From: Marsupella aquatica
Taxonomy: Eukaryota > Plantae > Marchantiophyta
Direction: 5' to 3'
DNA length: 64,000 nucleotides
NCBI GenBank assembly: GCA_973895155.1
Contig: OZ316891.1
Span: 31,937,112-32,001,111 of the forward strand
Shown: positions 1 through 13,199 of the stretch, in pieces
How the letters are laid out: the number at the start of each line of letters is the position of its first letter
How positions within the stretch are numbered: position 1 is the first letter of the stretch
Notes under the pieces: model-generated
Seen by the model: only the letters and a program-made list of their open reading frames with translations
The model's database searches: none
Told to the model about the DNA's origin: nothing
Position numbers and translations under genes: made by a program

Positions 1-599
1 GTGTAAGATTGAAGTCCAGAGTGTATAGAATGATTCCTCTCTTCTGTAGGTGAAGTATTCTGCTAACGATGATATTTCGGTCTACCCTGACAGTTTCGGA
101 TCTCATCCTAACTGTCGGACGGTGCTGCAGTGTAGGACAGTTCACGGTAAACTTCAACAATCCTTCTTGGTCTCTCCTTCATGGGTGTTGGTGTTCGCAC
201 TTGTGACCTACCACCCGATACATGCTGAGTTCTGTTGTGCGAGTTCGGGTCGCCGTTAACTATCATGCCAGAAAATTGGAGGTTTCGCGTTTGTGCCATA
301 GCTGTTTCTCTCTGGTGCGCTACCGGAAAACTGTTTAGTATAAAATAAACACGGTCAGTTGATACAGGAAAGAAAAGTGTAAGCTGTGTAAGCTGCTGAG
401 TTCTACCTGCGCGAGGACTTTCAGTGCCGCCATCGCCAGTCCATCGTGACGTGCAACGAGGCACAACATACCATAAAATTCTTCCAAATAACACTTGGAA
501 CCAGTTTGGTTCATTTATGCTTTCTTCCCTGGAGTAAACACTGAAAACCTTACAATAGGCAGCCACCAGAGTGCTCAAGTGAACGGAATCCACCAATGT

Positions 600-870
600 C
601 CTCTTCCTTTGAGCCTCGTAGCTTGCATGGGTGCAGGTTGAAGCACTTAAATTGGATTGTGCTCTTTCATCTGTTCAGGTTCAGAGCCACAACTATGGTT
701 CAGAGAACTACTCTCCTGGTTGTTGTGAGTGAAAGTTGTTGTAGCTGTTGTCAGGGGATTCCGCTTTCAATCAGTTCAGTGAGCTCGATCAGCGGAGGCA
801 ACTCACATCCAGGTTGCATGTGCCCTTCCAAGTCCCTATTGCGAGCAACCTGCTTCATGGTTGGCATTCC
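600..870 (-). pseudogene. Decayed coding fragment of unknown function (MPTMKQVARNRDLEGHMQPGCELPPLIELTELIESGIP*)
   Basis: Hand translation of the minus strand shows a protein-like frame broken by TGA stops. The PPLIEL motif is shared with the ORF at 22909-23628. Confidence 0.25.
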
Positions 871-2327
871 TGTCGATCACATAAACAGCCCTCAATTCCA
901 ACCGTAATTAGAATTCCAAATTGAACAGACTTTCAATTGAACCAGGTTTACATTCAATTAGCACAACATACAAATTCCAATTCACTGGTCAGCCATAGGA
1001 AATGTAATGCATCGAGGCTGAGTACGACTTAGAGTGGACTTTCTCACTTCTATGGGCCGATGACAGATTGACCTTTCGATCGTAATAAAAGAGTATAGAA
1101 TGCCTATAGACTTTGCGAAACCTATTGCCGTTGTTGATGCCTTCATCGGGTTCTTCCATCCCTTCGTGCGACGACTTCCCATGCCATCCCTCCCAACCAC
1201 AATTAATTCCTCCCGTCTCCACTTCTCATTGCTTCTCATTCAATTCTTCCCCACCAGAGCCCATAAAATCTCCATAGCTTCTCATGCCTGCAACATAGGG
1301 TCTACGATGCATTGTATGCCAATCAACCCAAAATCACAATTGCATTCCATCGAACCACACAACAATTCTCTCGTGCACTTCTCATCGCTTCTCAATCAAT
1401 TCTTCCCCACCCACCGGCGTCCATAAAATCTCCATAGCTTCTCAAGATGCATTGGAATGCCGCAGGCCAGAGGTACTTCTTGCCCTCTATTCAGTAAAGC
1501 ACAGCTCTTCCCACACTTGCTCGTAACCTGGATACGCAGCTACATCCAGCAGGCGATCCGGAGTCACGAGTGCGAGCCAACGCAAACTCTAGCGACCTCC
1601 TCTTCGGGATAACATTTTGGCCCTAAATAGTAAGTTTCCTTTGTAGTTGGTTTGCAATGTTACTGTACTTGTCGTGGATTTACGTTCGGAGTTGTCTATC
1701 CTGGTTTGGTACACTGCATTTACTCTTAACCCAGTAGCTATGATTGCCGTTGGAGTTACTTAATTTACGGATGACTTTATTGACGTATAAGTCCTGCCTT
1801 TCAATTCTGTACACGACTCTCAAGGTAGAATATTTATAAAACTGATGGGAACTTTCCTTCCCGGACACATCATTTTAAAAAATTGTGCGAGATCCATTTG
1901 AATCCCGTTGGCAAACCCGACATAAATAGGACTCTTCTGTAGAGGGTTGCCGACTAGTGAAATGTCGGCAATCAGTCAAATTTGGCTCTCCACATTCGGA
2001 CTAATAGCCTACGTCGGATTAATAAGGTGAAGCACACAATGACATGCCTAATCACCCGAGACTGCAGTTTAAACATAGCATTCTACAAAACCATCTTCCA
2101 ATCGGTGTAGCCTACATTCAGACTAAAAGGCTACAGGATTTTGTGAAGCCGGGGGGAGAGGGGGGGAGCACTGAATGACATGCGTATTCACCCGCCACTC
2201 CATTTACAAGGTGGTGACGACTTTCGCTTTCAATCAAATGAAACACTTTTTATTATGTACATTCAGTGGTGTCCATCTTTTAGTGGGACATATCCTCCAG
2301 CGAACTACTTCTTGTACAGCTTGGTGT

Positions 2328-3301
2328 TTAGGTATAATTAGGAAGAGGCATGCTGTGCACACAAATTCTGCTAGGCATGTTGGAAATTCTTTTCCAATCA
2401 TCAACTTTGTCTGTTGCCCACTTGTGAGTGCCATACAGAACAAACCCGCTCCTACCGCTGGTGGTTTCCAGATAGAACAACTCATTAACCACTAGACAGT
2501 CAGGTTCCTCCCTGAAGCAATAGCAAAGATCGCTCTCTTTATAACTGTTTCCTTCCAATAAAACTGCGGCTGGAAATCCAGAGTAAATCTTCTGTGTCCC
2601 ACCTATGGTACAGTCAGCAAAACGGAGCGTCCACGTTCGGCAAATCCTTTCACTGTCTTCGACTGCCCAAAACTCAAACTCGGTTGCATTGGCTCTATAG
2701 AAGCTAACTTCATGTCTAGCCGAGTGGATGAAGCAAGCTTCCAATTCCAGCATGGATCGGCGAGGAAGCGGTGGTAGTCTTCCACATACCTGCTCATCGC
2801 TAGACTCGGGAAACAACACAAATATATGTCATCGGTGACTGGAAGCCTTCACAAACACAGAGAAATGGAAATGAAAAACATAGAATGCGCGTAGATAGCC
2901 GGTGGACGACATCAATCCATACCAAGATAAACACAGTTATTCTATGAAAATCAGTGAGCGCACCCCAGCATATTAACAGTATATTACCTGATGTGCTATC
3001 ACCGGCACGCGCATTACGGAGAGGTGAAACTTTAAACTAAACTGGATGATTAATCGTACCTTTCCCATGAAGGTCGGAATGCAAGCGCCACTCTCTTGCG
3101 CAATGACGTTTCGGTCTCCTTGAATGTATTGTACTCGCTGACATAGTGAACCTCCAACATCGATGAAGACAACCTGGCGGCCATTTTCTGCAAATCACCT
3201 CTTCCGTGTGGCTGTTCATCGTGTGCAGGAAAACGAATGTTAAAAAAGGTGTGAATGAGAAACACTTCAACTCCAGTAACATCGAGAACTTCGGTTATCA
3301 A
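2328..3301 (-). pseudogene. Possible fragmented coding sequence of unknown function
   Basis: ORFs 2328-2819 and 3050-3301 have protein-like composition. No family recognised. Confidence 0.25.
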
Positions 3302-4485
3302 ACAGGCATGGTAGCAAACTCCATCCTCTCAAAACAGCCTCATCACAAAATAAGAAACAGTTTGCCCGATGAGGCTAGCTTCTCCATTGCCGTCTGCAAA
3401 AGAAGGACTAAAGCAAGGAACGAAGAAGCAAAAGAAGGAAGAAAGCAATCGTAAGCACCCTACACTCGACCTCCCCACCTAAGGCGCCTCGATCCCGATG
3501 TGTTCGTGTCCCGAGCTGTCGTGCCGCCTGGCTACCTCGATCTTGGAAGCGAAACGCAGTCTAGAATGCAGGCAGGGCCACAGGGGATTTGCAGCACTTA
3601 TGTACTCCGTAAGTGGCTTAGTGTGAGAACTTAGGGCTAAATCTATTCTCCCCTTCTTCAAATTTTGTCCAATTTTGGCTCTATCTCCCCTCTCCCCCTT
3701 TTGTTCCGTGTTGGCCAAGTTCTCGCCACTGTCCCTCTCATCTCTGGACAGTGCTTTATCGTTGTAAGTTTGTCTTTTCTTTAATTTCTCTACCTTTTTA
3801 ATTGTTCTCCATTTACTCAAATTTTGTCCTTTTTGTTAATATTCCGCTTCCCCTCTTCTTCTTCTTCGTTTCCTCTCGGCCAATTTCTGTCTACCTTCCG
3901 CCTCATCTTCGTTTGCATAGTTCTGTACTATTATAATAATTGCACCCTGTATTCCCCATGGGCAAGCTATATTTAGTGTACTTTCTAGTACAATTGTTCT
4001 AGAATGGAGGGCTGAGGATGTCAGGTCTGTGTGGCGGATGAGGGGCTTCCACCGTCCTTTCAAGGGAGGAAGGTGGGCATGTGACCTTCGGAGGGCTAGC
4101 TCTCTTTTTCACGATCAATGGTGATGGAAATGTGGCGGGATCCTGTATTCTAGTTGTAGACTAGCTCAAAAACCGTGCTCCGCACAAAATATGTTGTTAG
4201 CTATCACTCTTTACACAGAATTTAGTGTCATTGGATGTTTCTAATTGGAGCATCTAGATTTATTGCATGTGGGAATAGTTAGTTCGTGTTTGTGACAAGG
4301 CAATAAAAAACCGTCAATCCCGGTAACTGTAAAAATGAAACAAAATTGAAGAGTAAAGTTGAAACAAACAAAGAATGAGGTAAAGAGTAATTAACATTTG
4401 GAAGATATATCAGTGTTTTGCATTAAATGTTAGATTTTCTTTTAATTTCCAAAGATTTTTTAATTGACACGGCTAGAGGAAGTAG

Positions 4486-4610
4486 AAACAAACTGTTGGG
4501 CTTCCAAGGTTTTGTAATAAGTATTTGGTGAGGTAAAAACAAACTGTTGGGTTTCCAAAGTTTTGTAATAAATATTTCATAAAGTAAAAACAAACTGTTG
4601 GGTTTCCAAG
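4486..4610. repeat. 51-bp tandem repeat, about 2.5 copies
   Basis: AAACAAACTGTTGGG recurs at 4486, 4537 and 4588. Confidence 0.8.
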
Positions 4611-5559
4611 TGGAAATTGCAGTTGTAGATGGTAAGTTTTACATGGCTTGAGATGACAAAGGGAATGGCTGGCTTGATGACTTGAGATAACATGACAAAG
4701 GGAATGGCTTGATGACTTGAGATAACATGAAAAAGCTAATGGCTACCCTTATACTCTTGGATCTGGCAATTTGCCCTCTCACCCAAGCCAATTTTGGGTG
4801 AATTTACTAGGAATATTAATGTAAGTCACAAACAAATCCTGCGTACATTATTTGGCAATTCCTCCTACTAACAGCTGGAGTAGGCAAATGTCTTGCAGGT
4901 AGGGGAACCTTTAAACCACAGCTGCAGATATATATACCGGTAGCTCTGATATCCACTATGAATGAAGGGATGGGCAAGAGTGTTCTTTCATTGATCCAAT
5001 TTGTTGAATGTATTCAAGTTTATCTGTCTCAGGGGTCCTCGAACTACTTTTTATTGAAATGAATGTTATTCATAAGGCACATTGAATTAAGTGCACATAT
5101 AGTAGCATCCTTGTGTCATAAAACTTGACTGTACTTTTCATTGATCAGTGTGGTTTTATATATCTAGAGTATTTATAGTAAAATTACCTATTTGGACAGG
5201 CTATTTCTTGGACTTCTTGAGGCATGTGGGTATGTAAAAATTTCAATTATGTGTTAGTTGGCTTGAAGTAACAACTTATTGGATGCCCTTGTGTGCAACT
5301 CTTTGGAACTTTTCTTATGAGGACTCTGACTAAGTGGCTTGCGGGAGTGTGATTCCCCTTGTGCACTGAAGCTGACTCCGCCAACTTCATCATTCATATG
5401 ATTTTTGTGCTGTCTAAATTCATTTGTATATCACTTACAAAATAGACATGATGGTCTATTTTGTTGAAATCTTAGTAGGCCAAAGTTGGGAATTAAACAA
5501 ATGCAAAGCCAGTGAATGGTTAGCTTTCCACATAAGATACATATTCGGACACAAATGCA

Positions 5560-6030
5560 TTCTAAGCCAATTTACCTAAGCCGACTTTAAGCCAATTGGA
5601 CCTAGGAAAATTAGACCTGGGCTGACCTCACGTACGCTAATCTGACCAGAGAAAACCTTGGCTAAGCCAAGTTTGCCTTTGCCAACCTAATCTATCTAAG
5701 GCAACTTCAAAAATTAGACCTGTCCAGCTTTGCGCATTTTTAATTTCATTTCTATTGGCTAAAAAGGTGTGAATTTATTGCCTGATAGTATAGACATAGC
5801 CGTATACTCTGGTAAAAGATCAGTGCCACTAGAGCTTCAAGTTGAGAAATAACAACGTACAAATATATATAAAATAGACAAAGCTAACCAGTGATCAGTT
5901 TGCTGCACTTTACACAAATGTCTTCTATATAAGGCCGATGTCACCTAAGATGATTTCACCTAAGCTGATTTACCTAAGTTGACCTTAAGTTAACCTCACC
6001 TAAGCAGATCTGACCTCAGCCAAAATTTAT
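5560..6030. repeat. Degenerate short-period ACCTAAG-like repeat
   Basis: Recurrent acctaag, ctaagcc and gacct motifs at about 10-20 bp spacing. Confidence 0.45.
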
Positions 6031-6119
6031 CTGGTTAGTTTGTTGCAAAAGACATGATTAATGCCTTCTAACAACTGTTTCCATGGTATGTGAAGGGTTG
6101 TGAAGTGAATCAATGTGTT

Positions 6120-6740
6120 TTTGCATATGGATGGACATTCTTATATATTGCTAGTTGTGGTGATATACACATATGAACGAACCAGTGTACAGGTATGTTG
6201 ACTTAGAGATGTATGGTTAACCCAGTTTAGGGTTTGTCCATGATCAAAATAAAAACACATACATTGGCCATATCTTTGGCAAGTCACAACCTGAGCTCCG
6301 TGACACAATACTCTTGAATTCTCTCTCCACTCTCCAACTCTCGACCATTGATATCTAGTGTCAGCACAATGAAGTGTTCCTCCAAGGTATAGGCCCTCTA
6401 ACTAGTCTAACCTCAGCAGCACTTAAACATGGTTAAGTTTTGCTCAGACAGTTAACTTATTTAGCTAATTGCTCTAGTTAAGTATCAACAAGTTGTTAAC
6501 CCTTTCTACTTTCAACAATGTTGTAATGGATGGGGCTCTTGTAAAAGAACCCTACACCCTGATTCTCCCCTGCCCTCCCACCCCCACCCCCTTCCCCTAA
6601 TCACATCAAACAACTTTACTAATTTTTTAGCACCAAACAGAGTTTGCCTTTAATTTGGTAGAGTTCATTTGATAGAAAAGTGGTTGGAAAATGAAAGGTC
6701 AATGTTACTAACAAATCCCAACTAGACCCACATAGTTACT
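6120..6740. repeat. Dispersed repeat, paralog of about 10935-11720
   Basis: 6540-6740 matches 11505-11720 directly, and 6255-6545 matches 11137-11410 in reverse complement. Confidence 0.75.
6196..6490. mobile_element. Possible old solo LTR
   Basis: TGTTGA...TCAACA ends, 295 bp long. The flanks (AGGTA and AGTTG) are not a clean TSD. Confidence 0.35.
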
Positions 6741-7339
6741 GGTTTTTTTATGTTAATGTCAATTCCAAATCCCTGGCACGAGGATGGTGACAAACAGGAC
6801 AGAGCTTCTCTGAAAAAAAAAAAGGTTGTTGTCATGTTTTGTGTTCATATTCGTTTAAATATATTATTGGGAGCCATTCCTTAAGTATTAAGCGTAAAAC
6901 AAATCAGGAGAAAAAGGAAGAGATGTCATTTAGTAAAATAAAGTTACCATTTTGATTTTATTATTTAGAGATATAATTATGAAATCAAAATCAGAACAGA
7001 AAAAAGTTCTTCCTCTACTCCTTTGCTAAAGTTCCCACCCACTAATTTATTTTTTTAACCCTTTATTTTAAAGGAGAAATTGGTATTAGTCAGTCGCAAC
7101 ATTTGAACCCAATACCTATTAGTCTCCAGTCAAGTGAGTGACCACACGTGAGTGACCACACAGCCATGCTAAGACTTCCCACCCATTTTTAAACATAAAT
7201 CTATAATTATATTTTAGTAATTATTGGCTGAACTTTCAACTTTGCTTTGTGATGTTCGAATGCTTCCAAGCTCTTTTCTGTGCATACTTTCTTCACATAA
7301 ATACCTTATACTCTCTCCCTCAACAAGGTACAGTTTATG

Positions 7340-7820
7340 CAAAGGCAAGGGCATTCTGGGTACATAGTACCTTCAAGAAGGTAATCCATGAGGAGATCCT
7401 ATTATCTGCTACCAGAAAGGGCCCAAACCTCGAAATGTATGAGAAGAGAGTATAAAATGGCCTGGCCTGGGAGTCAGGGGACTCACAGTTGTCCATGTAT
7501 TTTGGGTTCAACTTATTTTATTTTTATTTTTATGTAGAGGGTGGCGCTTGGCATTGATTTCAGACTTTGTCCAGAATTTCTATAGTACTCTCTTTAGGTT
7601 TTACGTGGTTTGAAATTTTCACTTACATTTATCTATTTTATAGTCCTTTTTGCAATGGAGACTCCTGACCTTCCTAATTGACCTTGTAAACGGCCTCCTC
7701 CGGAAGGTACCCACCGACCGAGTCCCACAGGAGGTTTGGGATGAGTGGGACGACCGGGCAGCGTAATCCTAAACTATAATACACTGTTGCTCCTTTTTTC
7801 CCGTGGTCGTCATTCAAAAA
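7340..7820 (+). mobile_element. Possible 5'-truncated LINE 3' end
   Basis: Short ORF end followed by a T-rich UTR-like stretch ending GTCATTCAAAAA. Confidence 0.3.
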
Positions 7821-8149
7821 TGCAGTGCCAACAAAAAAAGGTAATCAATAGACACAAAGGATAAAACCAAAAACGAATTAAATATAGAGTGGACCAAAAG
7901 TACAGTAAATGTTTTCAATATTAATTTAAAACTAATTATTAAAATTGAGTTTTAAAGAATTGGATATTAGCCTGAAAGTTGTTTTGGTAAAACTTGAGTA
8001 TAAATAAAATGTATACAATATTAATTACTCTAAAAAATTTAAGAACTAATTTTTTGTATCATTCGGTTGTGCTTGGACTCTATGCTACAGTGACCGTTAT
8101 CTCGCCTCTTCAATTTCTATGTGCAAATGCATGAGTTGTTGAACACCAC

Positions 8150-9040
8150 CACAACTCTACCTTGCCTTGACATCTCTCATCTTGCCTCACATTTACTTCT
8201 TTATCTCACCAAGACAATTTTTTCTCATTTGACTCGACATCTTGTAGGTCCTTGATTTTTGTTTCTCTCCTCCATATATTTTATCATTTGACTCGACATG
8301 TTTTCCTCACCTCCACATGTTTTCTCTCCTCAACAAATTTTCCTCATCATTACATTCAACTTTTTCTCACATCGCCATGTTTTCTCTCCTGGACATGTTT
8401 TTTTCACCTTGACTTCTTTGCCTCACGTCAACATCTCTTTTTCTCATTGAATGTCAATTTGTTTTCACCTCAACATCTGACCTTTTCCTCATTGTCACAT
8501 TTTTATCTCACCACAACATCTTTCCCTTATCTCCACATATTTCTCTCACATTGCCCTTTTCTCTTCTTGATATATTTTTTGCTCGAACTCTTTTTCTCAG
8601 CTCGACATCTCTTTTTCTTGTGAAAATCTTTGTTCACCTCGACATCTTCTCCTCTCCTCGACATCTTTATCTCACCTCAACATCTTTCCTCTCCCTTGAC
8701 ATCTTTTTCTCACTTCAACTACTTTTTCTCACCACACCATGTTTTGTGCAACTTTTGTCTTAACAACATAGTTTTTACTTAACCACAGCTTTTCTCTTAA
8801 TTAACAACATCTTGGGTGCCACAACATCTTTTTTATTAACTACATCTTGGGTGCCACAACATCTTTTTTATTAACTACATCTTGGGTGACACAACATCTT
8901 TTTTCTTATGTACATCTTGGGTGCCACGACATTTTTTTCGTAACGACATCTTGGGTGACACAACATCTTTTTTCTTAAAGACACCTTGGGGTGACACCAC
9001 ATTAGTTTTCTTCAGAACATCTTCGGCGACATGACATTTT
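8150..9040 (+). repeat. Degenerate CGACATCTT-core satellite (about 15/30-bp period)
   Basis: Repeated cctcgacatct and acaacatctt motifs; reverse complement of the 9270-10240 array. Confidence 0.75.
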
Positions 9041-9269
9041 CTTTCTCCTTGATTGCACTACCTTGAGGAAGCACACACTGTCACACTGAGGTAGAGGTGA
9101 GAGGAAGCACGGTACTGACCACCTCATTCTTTTATCATCAAAATGCGATGGCATGATCCGATGGCTATATATGTATCCGCCAAAATTGTTTGTGTGAAAG
9201 GACGACGTTGCCCAAAAGGGCGGGATCGAGTATTATAGAATAAGTAGCTCAATACCTGTGCGTTGCACA

Positions 9270-10240
9270 AAAGAAGTCGTGTCGGCCAAGATGTCATTGA
9301 GAAAATGTTGAGCATAGACGACATTCGCAATTACAAGCCCATGAACCATCCAACGCAAAATAGTCGACACAGAGAGATACGTGGTTCACCTCCACATGAG
9401 GCTACGTCCACGGGAACACACAAGAGCTTTACTGCACTCTAGTCCGACCGGCCATACCAAGCATCCACAGCACAAGCTCTCCCTATCTCTCAACTAGCTC
9501 CGTAACAATGAGCCTAAGTTCCTCCAGGGTCTGGCATCAGCCCTGGCTATATGCACACCAGCACTACCGCTAACATTAGCTAAGTCCTAACCCGAGTTAG
9601 ACTAACTGTGGTTAGCTCATGAGTCACAAGACTAGAGCAATGTCTAACAGAAAAATGATGTAGTGTCAGCCAAGAGGTCGTGGAGAAAAAAGATGTAGTG
9701 TTGCCTAGGAGGTCGTGGAGAGAAAAGATATCGTTTTGCCCAAGAGGTTGTGGAGAGAAAAGATGTTGTGTTGCCCAAGAGGTCGTTGAGAGAAACGATG
9801 TCATGTTGCCCAAGAGGTCGTTGAGAGTAAAGATGTCGTGTCGCCCAAGAGGTCATTGAGAGAAGAGAAGTTGTGTTGGTCAAGATGTCGTTCAGAAAAA
9901 AAGATGTTGTATTGGCCATGAGGTCATTCAAAGAAAATATGTAGTGTCAACCAAGAGGTCGTGGAGAAAAAAGATGTCTTGTCGCCCAAGAGGTCATTGA
10001 GAAATAAAGATGTCGAGTCGGCCAAGAAGACGTTGAGAAAAAAAGATGTCGTGTTGGCCAAAGAGATCATTGAACAAAAAAATGTCATGTTGGCCAAGAA
10101 GTGGTTGAGAAAAAAGACGATGTGTCGGCCAAGATGTCGTTGAGAAAAAATTGTCATGTTGGCGAAGATGTTGAGAAAAAAACTTAATGTCGGCCAAGAC
10201 ATCGTTCACGGAAAATACCTGTGCTTTGCACAAAAGATGT
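9270..10240 (-). repeat. AAGATGTCGT / CCAAGAGGTCGT satellite, about 30-bp unit, interrupted by a solo LTR
   Basis: Many copies of the gtcgtgttggccaagatgtcgttgagaaaaaagat-type unit. The same family occurs at 11720-11930 and 35740-36150. Confidence 0.8.
9306..9649 (-). mobile_element. Solo LTR of a Ty1/copia family (same family as 28176 and 61872)
   Basis: TGTTG...CTAACA ends, perfect 5-bp TSD GAAAA, and homology to the PBS-flanked LTR at 61872-62274. Confidence 0.92.
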
Positions 10241-13199
10241 TGTTACGGGTCTAGTTAGAGACGCTTGTAATTCTGAAAATCCACATCACCTCATAAATTC
10301 TTAACCATTGGAATATTGGATCTATGTAATTGGACCATCTAGATTCTTTTCATGTGTGAACACTTGTGTGAGCAGTTAGGTGGGACAAAAGTGTCACTTC
10401 AATTCTCAGCCATTGGATGTTTCTGATTGGAGCATCTAGATGCTTGCATGGGGGAACACATGTGGGACAAAAATGAGAACTAAGATCAGATTGCATTAGA
10501 TAATGTGCATGCATTCATGTTATGCCAAAATAGATGCATGTATATTTCTCTCCCATTTTTCTTAACCATACCATGCCAAGTGAATGAGTGTACAATTAAC
10601 TTTCCCCCCATTCTACGCCTCCACATCTATTCTCCACCAGATCATCATCATCAAACACTACAAGATCCCCCAGCCCCCCCCCCCCAAATCCCCCCTTTTT
10701 CTTCAACTTTTGTCCTTTATAAATGAGGAAAGAGTGTGACTCAGAAGAGGGTATTTCAAATACTAAAATCTCAAAGATTCTAATAACTTAGGAGGATTTT
10801 CTATAGAACTAAAATTACTTTTTAGAACAAACAAGATAGATTTAAATGTTCCTCCAAAATATAAGAAGGGGTACCTGGGAGGCTTCGGTCACATGTATAT
10901 CTCATTACATTTCCCTTAGTGAGGGCCCAGGGGGATGTACATCCTTAATATTGTCAGTTATTTTGAGATACAATTGGCCCACCATGTTGTCACATGGAAC
11001 TAGTGTACAATATACAATCTATTTTGACATAGAGATGTTTAGTTCGCCCAGTTTAGGGTGCATCTATGACCCAAAGAAAAAAATCACTCTACACTAACAC
11101 CATACATTGTAATTGAGCAGCAAATTAACAACTTGTTACAATTGCTCCATCCATTTACAACATTGTTGAGCAGCAAATTAACAACTTGTTGATACATAAC
11201 TCTGGCAAGTGGTTACATGGGGTTAACTGGAGCACAATTTAATCACGGATAAGTGTTGCTTAGGTTAGACTAGTGGAGAAGGCCCATACCTTGGAGGAAC
11301 ACTTTATTGTGCTCACACTAGAGATCAATGGTCAAGAGTTGGAGACTGGAAAGAGAGAAGAATATTGTGTCATGGAGCTCAGTTTGTGACTACCGTAGCC
11401 AATGTATGGTGTTAGTGTATAGTGAATTTTTCCTCCTTAGGACTGACTAGTGGAGAAGGCCTATACATTGTTACAATTGCTCCATCCATTACAACATTGA
11501 GCAATTGTAAAAAAGGACACACACGCACTCCAATCCTCCCCCACTTAACCCTAAACCTACCCCCCTTCTCGCCCCCCTTTCCCTTTACCACATCAAACAA
11601 CTTTCCTAATTTTGGCACCAAACAAATTTTGCCTTTCGGTAGAGTCCAATTGATAGAAAAATGGTCAGAAAATTAAAGCTCAATGTTACTAACAGATCCC
11701 AACTAGACCCACATACTGGTTAAGAAATAAGATGTCCTGTTGCCCAAGATGTTGTTAAGTGAAAGATGTCACAAAGTAAAAAGATGTCTTAAAGAAAAAG
11801 TAGTTTTGCCATACATGCCATTGTGTGAAAGATGTTATTAAGAAAAATGTGTCATTTTTCCAAAGATATCGTGAAGTAAAAGATGTTAAAAGAAAAATGG
11901 TGTTATTTCATCCAAGCTATCGTTCTGTGAAAGCTACAAAATAACTACAGTAGCACATGCAAGTACTCTAAGATATATTATATCTACCTTGTACAATAAC
12001 TTACATACCTACCTTGTAATATAACTTACAGCCAATTTTAGGTTCCCATCTCACTCAATCCAAGAGCCATAAATAATTCAAGAAAATATCTGATGGCTTA
12101 GTTTTGTTCCCTCCTTCTTCATTTTTGTAACGGGACGAAGGACTAAAACTGGCGGGATTCGTTATTATAGTAGAAGATAAAAGAAAGATAGAAGAAAGAA
12201 GATGAAATTATAAAAACAACAATCATTCATTTCATGTGTATGTGCAAATCTTTTTTTTCGAGCTATATCATGTGTATGCGCAAATCTTTCTTTCAATGCA
12301 CATATACTTTAAACTTGAGAAGGCCTACACCCAGACCCTAGCTTCCCCTTGGCGCTTTCTTTTGAGTAAGTTAAGCCGGTCATGTGCCGGCTGTACGTTG
12401 TGGAAAGTATGAGTGAGGCTGTGCGCAAAAGGCATGTGTGATCAAGCAGAGGGAGTCCGTATGCCGACCCACGTATGCTCTGAGACACCTGGGAGGTCGT
12501 ATAAACCATAACTTACACCGTATGCCTTTGATCGTGTTGATTGGCCCACATTGACCCTGACAGGATTCCCTTCCTCCTGAAAGCCCTCAAAGATGCAGAC
12601 TAACCAGACACGTGAGAGATATCGTTATCAATAAACGCATGACGTTAAAGGTAGAGTAAACTACAAGATAATAATACGGCAATGAGTCTGGATCACAAAT
12701 AACTCAAAAGAGAATCGTGGCCGTCCACATTTGAGCACGCAGCCGCCAAAATTGAATCCTGAGGTACGAGCATACTCATTACATGCAGTCAATGCACAGG
12801 TCAGATTCAGGGCATAGACCATCAGTACTTCCTTCGTACAAGACCAATCGTAAGTGGGAAGGAACTTGGAGGCCGAATATGTTCTGGATGGTGTGTGTAT
12901 AGATTGCGAGTAAGGAGTTACCAAAGCAAAAACCCGGTGGGCTAAACTTTGGAAAAGAGTTCCCGACCACAAAGTTCCCCTCGGAGAAGTGCTCTTCGTT
13001 GTTGGAAGGCTACACGTGTATGCGGGAAAATTGTGAACAGTCGGACAATAAATCGGATTGTGAAAAGAGGTAGTGGGAGATTCGATCACCTTCAACCCGG
13101 GCTCAATTTGCAATTCCGGGAAGTCAGAAATAGGCCCCTTTGCTTTGACCGAAACGGCTTTGGTGCAAAATTGGTTGTCGTAGGAGCTACGAAATTGTG

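Larger units (their letters stand above)
9244..12177 (-). mobile_element. Putative non-autonomous Helitron
   Basis: Minus-strand 5' end reads A|TCTTCTACTATAATAACGAATCCCGCC at 12177. The 3' end reads TGTGCAACGCACAGGTATTGAGCTAC at 9244, resembling the plant Helitron CGTGCAACGCACG hairpin plus CTAG end. Confidence 0.5.

Noticed and set aside
8252-10233. Several 60-120 aa ORFs
   Set aside because: They are translations of the 30-bp satellite.
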